Positions 50,010-63,618 of a stretch of 64,000 nt of DNA are shown piece by piece. Under the pieces are notes generated by a model. It was not told the origin of the DNA and searched no databases. It saw only the letters and a list, made by a program, of their open reading frames with translations. Position 1 is the first letter of the stretch; every line of letters begins with the position of its first letter. Made by a program: the position numbers and the translations under genes. This stretch comes from Heptranchias perlo (lineage: Eukaryota). Where the stretch lies: positions 4,774,001 through 4,838,000 of the forward strand of contig NC_090340.1 of the NCBI RefSeq assembly GCF_035084215.1. Reading direction: 5' to 3'.

Positions 50010-51470
50010 TAATCACATATACAGAATATATATGTGCACACGTATACATACAGAACTGAAGACGTCACCTGGCAAATCAACCAAACAGACCAGTGGAAAA
50101 TAGACACATATGTACACACACCATATATACGCACACACATAATACAAACCCAGCCATATACATAAAACAAACAAACATAATACACACAAAACACACGCAG
50201 ACACACATAACACAGGAACACATTTATACACACATAATACACACACCCACAAATGATATATAAACATACGCACACGTACACACACATAACACGCACACAG
50301 ACTCACATAAAATATACACATACATATACATATATATAATTATAAAACTGAAGAATTCACGTGGAAAATCACCCGAACATTAGCTCCTGTAACACAGTAG
50401 GGAAAGTAAACATACACTCACACAGCCACACACATAAACCACGTAAGCACTTATAACACACAATACATACGTATACGTATCAAACACATACATGCAGAAC
50501 ATCCACACACAAACACACATAACAAACACACATATGTCCCCACATAATAGGCACACATATGCATACACGCATACATACACACACATATAACACACAGACA
50601 TTGCATATAAACACATAACACGCAAACAGACATGAATTGTACATACAATAGCATAACTCACATATACATGCATAACACACACATGTACACATATACAACT
50701 AAACTTATTCACACATTACACACACAGATGCACATGTATACACATAAAACTGAATAATGCATAAGGAAAATCAACCCAACAGTAGATCCTGTAGCAGAAG
50801 TACATGCACATACTTTCACAAACACACAAATCACGTACATGCAAATATGGACACACATGGACACGCACATTAGGACAAACCTAACACAAACATATATCCG
50901 GTGCACATAATAAGCACATACATAAATACACACACATAAAAGATTAAAAACAACACACAACACACATATATAACACATACATGTACATACATGATATACA
51001 CACATGTTCATACACATATACATGCTTGCACATGTAACACACACAGACAACACATATATGCACATGATGCGCACACACATGCATTTTACTTAAACACATA
51101 ATTCATATTTACATGCATATAAATATACACACGCATACAAACACAAAAACACATGTACATATACACACATTCACACATAACACACACAGATACGCACAAA
51201 TACATAAAAAAAACTAAAGACTTCGCTTGCCAAATCACCCGCACAGTATTCCTATAAGAGAACAGGGCAAACACAGACATATAACAGAAGCAAAATACAC
51301 ACAAATACATTTACGCACACATAATACATGACCATGCTCACACAGATAAACAAACATACACATAGAAACGCACTCATAACAAGCATGCATACAGACATGC
51401 ACAGACACATACACACACATTTGTACACATACACATATAATACATAAACATATGCACACAAATCACACAA
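50010..51470. repeat. CA-rich low-complexity array with four embedded ~47-bp cores
   Basis: Cores at about 50054, 50346, 50748 and 51212. Confidence 0.8.
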
Positions 51471-51529
51471 TCACCAGCGGCATCACCCAGTCACCAGCAG
51501 CATCGCCCAGCAGTGACCAATGGCCATAA

Positions 51530-54355
51530 AGTGGAAGGAGGCCCATCAAGTCCGCGCCGGGTCTATGCAAGAACAATCCAGTTAGTCCCACTCCCCCGCC
51601 CTATTCCCAAGTACTTGCTTTCAAGCACTTATCCAGTTCCCTTTCGAAGGCTATGATTGAATCTGTTTCCACCATCCCTCTGGCAGTGTATTCCAGATCC
51701 TAACCACTCGCTATGTAAAAAGTATTTCCTCATGTCACCTTTAGTTCTTTTGCCAATCACATTAAATCTATGTCCTCTGGTTCTTGACAATTCCGCTAAT
51801 GGGAACAGTTTTTCTCTATCCACTATGTCCAGACCCTTCATGATTTTGAATACCTCTATCAAATCTCCTCGCAATCCTCTCTGTTCCAAGGAGAACAACA
51901 CCAGCTTCTCCAGTCTATCCACGTAACTAAATTCCCTCATCTCTGGATTCATTCCAGTAAATCTATTCTGCACTCTCTCATGCCTTCACATCTTTCCTGA
52001 AGTGCAGTGCCCAGAACTAGACACAATACTCCAGTTGTGGCCGAACCAGTGTTTTATGAAGGTTCATCATGACTTCCATACTTTTGTACTCCATGCCTTT
52101 ATTTATAAAGCCTAGGATCCCGTATGCTTTTTTTAACCGCATTCTCAACCTGCCCTGCCACCTTCAACGATTTTGCATGTATACCCCCAGATCGCTCTGT
52201 TCATGTACCCCTTTTAGAGTTGTGCCCTCTAGTTTGTATTGCCACTCCTCGTTCTTCCTTCCAAAATGTAACACTTCGCAGTTTTCTGCGTTAAATGTCA
52301 TCTGCCACGTGTCCGCCCATGCCACCAGCCTGGCTATATCCTCTTGATGTCTATTACTATCCTCCTCACTGTTTATTAGCCTTCCAAGTTTTGTGTCATC
52401 TGCAAATTTTGAAATTGTGCCCTCTACCCCCAAGTGCAAGTCATTAATATATATCACGAAAAGCAGTGGTCCCAGCACTGACCCGTGGGGAACAGCACTG
52501 TACACGTCCCTCTAGTCCGAAAAACAACAGTTCACCACTACTCTCTGTTTCAAGTCACTCAGCCAATTCTGTATCCATTTTGCTACTGCCCCCTTTATTC
52601 CATGGGCCGCAATCTTGATGATAAGCCTACCATGCGGCACTTTATCAAACGCCTTTTGAAAGTCCATATACACCACATCAACTGCATTGCCCTCATCTAC
52701 CCACTCTGCTACCTCATGAAGAAACTCTATCAGGTTTGTTAAACACGACTTGCCTTTAATAATTCCCTGCTGGCATTCCCTAATCAACCCACACTCGTGC
52801 AAGTGACTGTTCAATCTGTCCCGGATTCTCATTTCCAAAAGTTTCCCCATCACTGAAGTTAAACTGACTGGCCTATAGCTGCTGGGTTAATCCTAACACT
52901 CTTTTTTGAACATGGGTGTAATGATTGCAATTCTCCAGTCCTTTGGCACTACCCCCGTATCTATGGATGTTTGGAAGATTATGGCCGTATCTCCGCAATT
53001 TCAACCCTTGCTTCCCTCAGCAACCTAGGATGCATCCCATACGGACCAGGTGACTTTGCTACTTTAAGTACAGCTAGCCATTAAAGTACCTCTTCTTTAT
53101 CAATTTTTAGCCAGTCCATTATCTCAAATATATTTTCCTTTACTGAGACTCTGGCAGCATCTTCTACCTTGGTAAAGACAGATAAAAATTACTCATTTAG
53201 TACTTCGGCCATGCCCTCTGCCTCCATGAGTAGATCTCCTTTATGGTCCCTAATCATCCCCACCCCTCCTCTTGCTACCCGTTTACTGCTTACATACCCG
53301 CAGAAGACATTTGGATTCACTTTTATGTTGGCCGCCAGCCTATTCCCACAGTCTCTCTTTGCCCCTCTTATTTCCTTTTTTCACTTTCCCTCCGAACTTT
53401 CTATATTCTGTCTGGTTCTCACTTGCCTTATGAACATGACATCTGTCACATGCCCCTTTTTTTTCCATTTTATCTTACTATCTATTTCCTTTGTCATCCA
53501 GGGAGCTCTGGCTTTAGTTGCCCTACATTTCAGCCTCGTGGGAATGTGCCTAGTCTGTACCCGAAGCATTTCATCTTTAAAGGCCGCCCACTGTACAATT
53601 ACAGTTTTGCCTGCCGATCTGTGATTCCAATTTACCCGAGCCATATCTGTTCTCATCCCATTGAAATTGGCTCTCCTCCAATTGAGTATTTTTACTTTAG
53701 AGTGGTCCGTGTCCTTTTCTATAGCAATTCTAAACCTTATGATACTATCGCTGCTCTCTAAATACTCCTGCACTGACACTTGCTCCACTTGGCCTGCCTC
53801 ATTCCCGAGAACCAAGGCCAGCAATGCCTCCATCCTCGTTGGGCCGGAAAAGTATTGGTCGAGAATGGTTTCCTGAACACATTTCAAAAATTCCTCCCCC
53901 TAATACTATTATTATTATCCAAGTCTATATTAGGATAGTTGAAGTCCCCAGTTATCACGATAGGTTTTGCAACTCTTTTTAATTTCACTGCAAATTTGCT
54001 GCTCCATATCCTTCCCACTAGTTGGTGGCCTATGGAATATATCCAGTAATGTATTGGCACGTCTTTTATTTCTTAACTCGAAACAAATAGATTCTGTCCT
54101 TGACCCCTCCAGGACATCCTCTCTCTCCAGTATTCTCCTTAATCAAAACTGCAACGCCCTCCATCCTTTCTTTCCTTCCCTATCTTTTCTGAACACCGTG
54201 TATCCAGGAATATTTAGTACCTAATCCTGCACTTTTTTGAGCCAGTTATCTCCAAGAAATCATATTCCCATGTGGCTATTTGCGTCTGCAGCTAGCAACC
54301 TTGTTTACCATGCTGCGTGCGTTTACACACATGCACTACAAACCAGTCCTAGACT
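51530..54355 (-). mobile_element. CR1 LINE ORF2 fragment (paralog of 20262-24670)
   Basis: Minus-strand ORFs with endonuclease-end and RT motifs ([15 protein letters not shown]). Confidence 0.9.
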
Positions 54356-54356
54356 T

Positions 54357-55258
54357 TAGAAACATAGAAAATAAGAGCAAGAGTAGGCCATTCGGCTCTT
54401 GGAGCCTGCTCCACCATTCAATATGATCATGACTGATCCTCCATCGCAATACCATGTTCCCGCTCTCTCCGCATACCCCTTGATGCCTTCTGCTTCTAGA
54501 AATCTATCCATCTCCTTCTTAAATATATTAGGCGAGGTGGCCTCTACAGCCTTCTGTGGTGGAGAATTCCACAGGTTCAACATCCTCTGAGTGAAGAAAA
54601 TTCTCCTCATCTCAGTCCTAAATGTCCTACCCCACTTCCTGAGTCTGTAGCCCCTCTCTGTAGTTGCCACAGCCAGGGGAAACATCGTCACTGCATCCTG
54701 TCTGTCTAGCCCTGTCAGAATTTTATACGTTCCAATGAGAACCCCTCGTTCTTCTAAACTCTAGTAAACACAGTCCTAGTCGACACAAACTCTCCTCATA
54801 CAACAGTCTTACCATCACAGAATTCAGTCTGGTGAACCATCGCTGAACTTCCTCCATGGCAATTATATCCTTTCTTATGTAAGGAGACCAAAACTGTACA
54901 CAATACTCTAGGTATGGTCTCACCAAGGCCTTGTTTAACTGCAGTAAGACATCCTTGCTCCTGTACACAAATCTTCTTCCAATGAAGACCAAGATACAAT
55001 TTGCCTTCCTAACTGCTTGCTGCACCTGCAGGTTTGCTTTCAGTGACTGGTGTACAAGGACACCCAGGTCCCTTTGTACATCAACATTTCTCTATCTATC
55101 ACCATTTAAATAATACTCTGCCTTTCTGTTTTTCCTTTCAAAGTGGATAATTTCACATTTACCCATGTTATAATGCATCTGCCATGTATTTCCCCACGCA
55201 CTCAACTTGTCTAAATCGCCTTGAAGAATCTTTGCATCCTCCTCACAACTTACAATCC
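54357..55258 (-). mobile_element. CR1 LINE (HER1-like) 3' fragment upstream of copy 3
   Basis: Same junctions as 24670-25585. Confidence 0.85.
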
Positions 55259-55620
55259 TATCGTTCGTGTACTCTCTCTTTGCAGACACAAATCCATCTC
55301 ACCGCAACTTCACGTACATTGCTGCAAAAATGTGACCAAATTTGCGATTCGTCAAGAGCTGTATCAATTCGGAATCGTATACGTGATGCAAATCTCTTGA
55401 CGACCAATGAGATCTGGGTCGTTATAATTTCAGCTCTGACGTAAATGTGAAACCAGTGCATTGAATTGCCGCTTCAGATATCATATAGAGCGTCTCATTG
55501 ATATATTATGGAGCGTCCCATTGCTGCACGCTCACCGCCAGATTATCTTCCGATCTCTCCGTCCCACGCACCTTCAGTGCTACCATAAACGAGTGATGAA
55601 GTTCATCGCCGTTGCTCAGA

Positions 55621-55675
55621 ATGTCTGCACTTGATGTGCTGCTGTACCTCGCAGCCCTGGCCATTATTTGCACAG
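55621..55675 (+). CDS. Copy 3 leader exon MSALDVLLYLAALAIICT
   Basis: ATG at 55621 and phase-1 CAG|GT donor. Confidence 0.75.
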
Positions 55676-58600
55676 GTTTATTTACACCTGCCTTTTAAAT
55701 ATTTATGTATGAATAACAAGTCCATTAGTAGTATGGAGGCAGCTTCTGTTCAATGTTTATTGGAGTTTTCTCGTTTCCTTTCGTTCTACTTCTGCCACAT
55801 TATTTCCTCCCTTTTAATCCCCACGATCACTATCCCTGACTATAACCTGTGTTTGTGTTTATTTCTGACAGTTAGTAATGGGACCGCACCCGCACGTCAG
55901 GTCCCTGTCCGCCTGACTCCGGTGAAAGGTACAAATGTCTCCATGTATTGCTATGTCCCTCTTTTCGATCGCAACGCATTGGTGGATGTTTACTGGCGGA
56001 GAGCCGGCCAGGACGGGTTTTGGACTCGAGTGCAGACAAAAGGAAAACAGTTATGCCATTCAAGAAAGGATCTGCCGAGTGACTTTCACCTGCTGAATGG
56101 AGGTTTCCAGGACTCTGGAGTCTATTATTGCAGCATGAGAGATTGGAGAGGAAAGTTTTCCAACGGGAATGGGACTGAGCTTATTGTGTATGGTGAGTGT
56201 CGCTGATGGGTTAATGAACCTTCGTAAAATTCTATGAGTATTGATTAGAGAATATTTAACAAAGATCAGCAATGTTTCGTTTTCTGACAGGACTTTTGAT
56301 GTTTCTCTCAGTTCGGTTCGGTGCGGCTCCTTTCCCCCTATTTGCAGTGAATCCTGTGAGTTTACACAGAGCAGCACCGATTACCCTGCTCGGGGCAGTG
56401 GAATTCAGATTATCTGACTTCAGTCAATTGTTGTTCTCTTATCCCGTATCATTTATATAAATCTATTTTATATTTTATCATTGATTCTCGGGATGTGGAC
56501 ATCGCTGGCACGGTCAGCATTTATTGTCCATTTCTCGTTGCCAAGATGGCGGTGGGTCTTCTCATTGAACCACTGCAGTCCATGTAGTGAAGGTGCTCCC
56601 ACAGTGCTGTTAGGTAGGCAGTTTCAGGATTTTGACGACGCGATGATAATGCAATGGCCATATATGTCCAAGTGAGGATGACGTGTGACTTGGAGTGGGT
56701 GAACTTGGAGGTGATGGTGTTCCCATGCACCTGCTGCCCTTATCCTTCTAGGTGGTGGAGGCCTCGGGTTTGGGAGGTGCTGTCGAAGAAGCCTGGGCGA
56801 GTTGCTGCAGTGCATCCTGTAGATGGTGCATACTGCAGCCACTGCGCGCCGGTGGTGGACGGAATATAAAGTGATGGAATAAGTGCCGATCAAGCAGACT
56901 GTTTTTGTTCAGGATATTGTCGAGCTTCTTGAATGTTGTTGCAGCTGTGCCATCCAGGCAAGTGGAAAATATTCCATCAAACTTCTGACTTGTCGGTGGC
57001 GGTGCCGCTTTGGGAAGTTCGGTGGTGAGTCAGTCGCCGAGGAATAACCAGCGTCTGACCTGCTCGAGGAGCGGCAGCATTTATGTGGCCATTTATATCA
57101 CATATTTACAAATCGAAAGAGTTGAATGAGATTGTTTGTGTTTATTTTTATACCGAGATCGAATAAGAAAAAAGTGTCGTTGACTCTGAATAGGGTTCTG
57201 CCTGGAATCACATCCTTCAATCCTCCAATCACTGAGGGGCCGCTCCCGACCCACCTTTTACCGCACTCCGAAGTCCAACAGGAACTTTCCCCGAGTGTCT
57301 GGCAATTCAAACGTGGGACACAACAGTGAGATTTTCAGTATCTATTAACAAATAGATACAAGTACTAACACACTGACAGATATAAAGGACAGGGCGGGGG
57401 CGCTGGAGGGGAGCCTGTGAATACAAGGAGCTAGCAAAGAAATATCAACTGGACAGAGAGGATTGACAGGCTAAACACTGAATAACATTTTACTGCATAA
57501 AATAATAGATTTTATTTACACATTGGATTCATTGTGGTTGCTAATAGATTTTATTTTCAGTGATATATAAATTTGCTCTGATAGATTTGATTTCGATTGA
57601 TAGATTTGTTTATAAGGGAAATAGATTTAGATTTTGACAGGTGGGAATGGTTTTTTCAAGCATTGGATAAGGAACATTTATATGAAACAGAACGAAACTC
57701 CGTGCCACGAAGTCTGTGAGTGGATCATCTGCTGTTCAAGCTCAGTCTGTGTCTCCTGTAAGATCTCGGCGGTGAAGGCAAAGTATCTCCCATGGATCCC
57801 AGTTCCAGAGTGGGAATCGTGGTTCAAAAAAGGGATGGGGCAAATGTTTTGGAAGACACATTAGTGACACAAGATCATCGAAGGAAAAGAAGTTAACAAG
57901 GATCTGTAATCACCTGCAGGTCACGTGGAGATAACTTTCTCACTGGGGAGTGATGACATTTAGTGGATCTACCAATTGTTGAGATGCAGTTTTGGATGCA
58001 GACGTAGGTTCTTCTATGACCGGAATGGGATCACTATCATATATCTCGAAAAAATTCTGGATTAATTACATTTTGAACTCGGGGCTGAAATATTCCTGAT
58101 CAAGCAGTTAGTGACTGATGAGTTTACAGTTCTCACCGAGCGACAGGTTAGTTGAGGGGAGGGGGGAGCTGTGGGCATCTGAGTGGAGTTGAGCTCCTGA
58201 AAATCAAATACCAGATTATGAATGGGGATTTTAATCGATGTAAGTGCAGTAGTCGAGTGTTGAATAGGATGGAGATAAAGTTAATACGAACATTGAATAA
58301 TTACTCCCGCAATTCTAATATCAAACTGTAACCTCGTCAGTCTGCAGTTCTAACAAACAGCACGAGGTTCGGGATTATTCTCAGATGAGGAATTATTGAT
58401 AAACCGAACAAGATAAAGTGACATGGAAAGAGAGAAGACAAGGAGCGAGTGTGTGGGAGGGTTGGGAGGGAGTGAAAAATAGAGAATGATTGGACCTTGA
58501 TCGATTGGCCCATGGATGAGGCAGATAGATAATGGGGTTTAGGATCGAGCGGTATTCCAGATTTGCCTAATTTAAAGCCATTGACTAGGCCACAGTAGGA

Positions 58601-61600
58601 GCAGTGCGCGAAATTTTGATGTGAAGGAGCGGGTGCAAGATTTATTTACTTGGTGATTTCAGTCCGAGATCCCCTGAATCAAAATAAATTAAATGGAGAC
58701 CCAATAGATGGGATCTGCGGCGAGTCCCACTAGTGATCAAGGGGAATAAATGTAGAAAGAGTAAGAGGAGGTTAGAACATTTATTTTACTCAAAGGGTTA
58801 TTAGAGCGTGGGGTAGATCGGCAGAAGGGCAATTGGCGGAAATCAAACACAGGGGTTAGGGGGGAATTACATTAATATTAAGGCGCGGGGAAGGCAGGGG
58901 ACTGGACTGAGGTAGAGAGCTCTTTCTGAGATTAAACATTGGTAATTTAACCGGAAAGTAAATAGACACGGAACACCGAGACAGTAAAATTCAGGGAGAC
59001 TCTGCCGATGAATGGGTCACAGATGGGTCACTCAACGAGGAATCATCTTGCGCCAGCAAGGCTCCGAGTCGAGAGCGGAGATCCGTCGACTTACTTGATC
59101 CTTAAGAAGCGGTGGAGACGGATCTCTGTAACTGCAGAATATTGGGAGGTTGGTTAATTTGATCCTACTTTGGCCCCTCTCCCTTTTAATTCGTGATATC
59201 GGAAACGAACGAAGTCTTGAAATAATTCACGCAGAGCGAGAACCGGGGTCAGGACCGGAACATTATCTGGGAAATGAATCGAGTGAGTGAGCTCTGGTAC
59301 AGGACAACTGCACGCGTTTTGGACCGAAACAACGAGTCCCAGACTGGAACAGAGACAATAATTTCTTTTATGCTTTTGTATTAATTTATCACTCTGTCAG
59401 TGAAACCATATTATAGAATACTCTCTCCCTATTAGCAACGCAGAAGCCTATTTAGAACGTTGGTCTAAATCACAGTGAAACACCAGCAGAAATAGACACC
59501 GGGAGAGTTTAGAGATCCCACGGGACGGGTTCGGTTTAACTCGGACTTAAATTCATTTCAGTGCCCAGACATGGGGCCTTCCCGTCACCGAGTGCTGGAT
59601 AAAGACAAGAACTAAATAAATATTGCCATGTACTGTTTCAAGCAAATCAAGCGTTCGTTATTAATTCGAATATGGCGGTAAAATTTCCCTCTTAAAGGGA
59701 CTCTGCAACTGCTCCATGCTCTCCCTTCTCGCCGTCTGTTCTTTCCGTTCTCGAATTTAATATATTTCAACTCAATTCCTTTAACTCCTTTCCAGTGCCG
59801 CCAACTCCTGTGAAGATTACCCGCCTGCTCTCTCCGTCTCTCATACTCCTCTGTTCAACGGCTGTTTTTTTCCCCGAGGAGTTCAACCTCACTTGGTATG
59901 AAAATGACTCCAAAATTACATTTGGGATAAACTTGGTGGAAACACGGAGCGAAGAGGGATTGTATCAAGTTTCCAGCTTCCTCATCTCTGTGCAGAGCGG
60001 GACGGTTTATATCTGCCGGGTGTCCCATGCCTCTCTCCCGGCTCCAGCCAACGCGAGCTACACGGTTCGTGATCCGGGTACGAGACCCTCCTCAGCACTG
60101 CAATAAGCTGTATCTGTATTACATATAGGAGCCATTCAGGGACTTTCTTTCACCACTAATCCGCATCAGATCATTTTCTATGCAGTGTGTTTTAAGGGGA
60201 CTGAATGTGCTCATTGCAGTGTCAAAAAGCTTTTGAGGCGGCCCCTCACAGTGGTCACTATGCAAGATGGAGTCCTGCGCAATTGAATGGCGGATTCTTC
60301 TTTGGTTGGGGAATTAATTGCATTCTCATTGATGGAGGGTAGACATTAATCGTTGTGGGACAATGCGGCCAGTCAGGATACATGGAGGACTAAGAGAAGT
60401 TGGTAGTTGCTGGTCAAAATGTTAAAATGAACCATAATTTCGAAACACAGTATCTGACGTAATGCAATGAGCGGGGAAACCCATTTCCACTGCCCAGCTC
60501 TTCAACTGCATGGGCAGGTCCTCCATTGTCTGCTACTGGAGGGGTCCATTAGGGATCGGTGTAAGGATTGCTCTTCTTGATTAATATCAATGATCTGGAT
60601 GAAGGCGTCCACAAGTTCAATGATGGTACAAATATCTGTGCTGACGCCAGAACCCTTAAGGAGAAAACATTTGCAATCGGATCTAGATGCGACAGGTGAA
60701 TGGGCCTGTATCTGGCAGATGACAATTGATGTAGATAAATGTAGTCAAATGCTTGTGGGTATGTTTAATACCAAGCATGTGTGTACAGTGCTAGGCTCTG
60801 AATTAAAGTCTGTTGAGGGTCAAAGATTAATGGGTGATGGTGTCTGAATCCCTAAAGTTCCACGACCAAGGCCGAGAAATGATGACGAAATCAATTCGAG
60901 TATAAAGATGTATAGTCGGGACAAACCAATAGAAACAAAGAGCACCATAATGTTCTTTCCCATGGTCAGCCCTCATCTGCAATATTATATCCAGTTCTGA
61001 TTCCCTCATGTTGTGAGAGTTATAGGGGCATTGGAGAAAAAGTTCTGCGCAGAGCCACAAGATTGATACTATTTTAAAAACCTTTAGTTATCACGACAGG
61101 TTCAAGGATTTGGGTATTTTTACTCTAGAAAAGCGTAGACTTCTTGATACTGAATTGAACGATGAAGGGAGTAGACAGTGTACACGTGGATAGATCACTT
61201 GAATTAAATTATGAGCGAGAACGAGGGCTCTTGGGTACATGTCATTTAAGCACAGAACACGGTTAGATATCTGGAGGATAGTCTTCATCCAGAAGGTCAC
61301 TGACCTTTGGATTAAGTCGAAGTCTCATGCAGTGAGTGCGGATTCTCTGCAAAGTTACAAACGGAGCTGGACGAGTTCCTGAAGGAGGCTGATATCGTTG
61401 TGTACAAAAGATAGGTGTGATGTTGCATGACGTCCCTCAAGGTCAATGTTATTTACTGGAACTCGTTTCTCATCACCTTCGGGTCGGAGAGAAATCTCCT
61501 ATAATTCTGTGGGGGATTTTGACTCTCCCTGGAGACCAATCGGCACAAACAATCACGGGGAGAGAGACAGACAGACACATCCATACAAAAAGACACCGCC

Positions 61601-63618
61601 ACCTCCACCACCCCCCTCCCCCCACCCCCCACCCACACACACACAAATATTTACATACACATGATGAACAAAACTGCATAATCATTAATTAAATACAATT
61701 ATTAATCCGAATTAAATGCTGATATTATCAGAAATGGAAAGTCCCTGTGTGCTTTACACTGCGCTGTACTTTGGCCGTTTGATGCTGAGATACGATGGAG
61801 TCGCCTTGGTATCTCGGTAAGAGACAATAGCTGTGATATGTCGGTGCTGCCTGATATCTGACGTTGATTAAATATTTCGCAATATCTCGCCTATAAAATG
61901 CTGAAATTCCAATTTCTCTGTCCCTTTCAGCGAACGGGAACAGTACTTTCCTCTACTCCCTGGTGTCGGGGTGTGCAGCAGGCGGGTTAATAATTCTAGT
62001 GCTGGTAATTCTTGTCAAGCGATGCAATTTAGTCAGAATTGACGGTAAGAACTGACACGATCCTCATTAAGAATTAGGTTTGTTAGTTACATTTCAGCTC
62101 GGCGGCAGCGAGGAGGACGGGACGGCGTATACGGCCTGGACTGGGATCTAGATTTTGGGAGCGGTGTCCGTTACACTAAGTGAGTTTATGTTCCTGGGGC
62201 CGAATGTTGTGACGAGGGCCAGACCTTAAACCCAAGAGATCCCTCAGAATAATTTCAGCAGGTCTGACATTAAAGCGACCCGTAGTTTCGGTTTGAACTT
62301 AGTGCTTCACAACAACTGAAGGCGGTGATGTGAATATTTTACAGTAAATGTAGGGTTGTGTCGGGAGGGGCGACAAATCTGGGGTCGAGGGCGGTGGAAC
62401 TGGTGGTGGGAATGTGACACGTGGTGTTCGGTTGAAAAAAGGGTCCGTTTCTCGCCCAGCAATCGTACCGGATGTAACGGCTCAAGTTCTAATAAGGAGA
62501 ATTGAGTGACCGTTCAGACCATTTTCTATTGATCGGTGATTCTGGTCAATTTTGCGGGAATGTTGGGTATATTTTGGGGGGAAAATCACGTATCTGGTTC
62601 ATGTGAAATTGATCATTGTTCTAAATTTATTTCTCTACCAGACACGGAGATTAGTGAGGAGAGACCCGGCCACTTCGAGGAGCAGGTCAGTGTCATACTA
62701 GTGTAACAAGAAATAGACTGCTGTTGCTCAAGTAATGCAAATTTATACCACATTTATACCGGTATCACGAGGACATCAGGACGGCTCTCAGTAACTGCGG
62801 AGCACACCGTCACCACTTGCGGGTTTATTGTTCCCCAGAGACCATCCCTCCACTGAAAGTGTAGTCTCTGACCTGTCAGTGCCGCGATTATATCTGTATT
62901 AATGTAGCCCTCCATTTCTCGCAGGCGCTGTTGTCGATATTTATGCCTTGTCAGTGAGGTCGATTGGCTGTTCATCTATGGGGAGCGTCATAGTTTTGCT
63001 CGATCCTGTTCTCAGCTGACATCTCCACCCATGACCTTTCCAGCAGGGTCTCTGGGTGTTGACCGGGACTGACTGCTGGCCGAGATTGCCCCCCTCCTGA
63101 CCCAAAGGCACCGAAACCAATTGTCCATCCTGAGATGAGCAAGCTCAGAACTCGGAAGTGCTTTAATTACTCAATAGCACACGGGCCAGTCCTTGACCCA
63201 CAGGCCAGGCTGAGCTCTGATAAAATGGTCTGTAAATGTATATTGAAGAGAATTTCTCCGGCTGGGAATTATTTTCCTCCCTTGTCCTTATCCGGCCTTT
63301 TATTACACCGCCAGCTCCATTAGAGCAATCACCTGCACTGATCAGACTTACCCAATCCTTAACCGATGCCATTGGGTTTTAGTGGCCCTGTACGGTGCTG
63401 TTTGTGATTTGATGTCGAGTTAATCTTTCTCCAAAAACTCTCTTCTGGCTGTGGGAGGAAGAGCGGACGGGAGTCCGTCTTACGCTGCTATCAACCTCAG
63501 CGGTCACGGGAGCATTGGAAAACCCAGACGTGAGGAAAATAGAAACGTCTATGCCCAGGTACAGTCGAGAAACGGAGCAGCCCATTCCAATCAGGACTGG
63601 TCCAGTCCTTCCGTCTGA
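55621..63618 (+). CDS. VJ-C1-TM Ig-superfamily receptor, copy 3 (open exons; last-exon acceptor mutated)
   Basis: Exons 55621-55675, 55872-56192, 59796-60077, 61931-62044, 62642-62685 and 63448-63618 are all open; AG>TG at 63446-63447. Confidence 0.8.
55872..56192 (+). CDS. Copy 3 VJ-type V exon
   Basis: Both Cys, the Trp, DSGVYYC and GNGTELIVY are retained; 321 nt. Confidence 0.9.
59796..60077 (+). CDS. Copy 3 C1-set exon (intact)
   Basis: LILLCSTAVFFPEEFNLTWY...GLYQVSSFL...YICRVSHASL. Confidence 0.92.
61931..62044 (+). CDS. Copy 3 TM exon
   Basis: ANGNSTFLYSLVSGCAAGGLIILVLVILVKRCNLVRID. Confidence 0.9.
62642..62685 (+). CDS. Copy 3 cytoplasmic exon 1
   Basis: cag| DTEISEERPGHFEEQ |gtcagt. 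Confidence 0.8.
63448..63618 (+). pseudogene. Copy 3 terminal cytoplasmic exon with dead acceptor
   Basis: AVGGRADGSPSYAAINL...RNVYAQV...SPSV*, preceded by tcttctg instead of ttcttcag. Confidence 0.8.

Noticed and set aside
50009-51470. Cys/Val/Tyr-rich ORFs, or a CRISPR-like repeat-spacer array
   Set aside because: The ORFs are translation artefacts of (TG)n. The cores are too degenerate and the spacers too long and low-complexity for CRISPR, and the context is eukaryotic.
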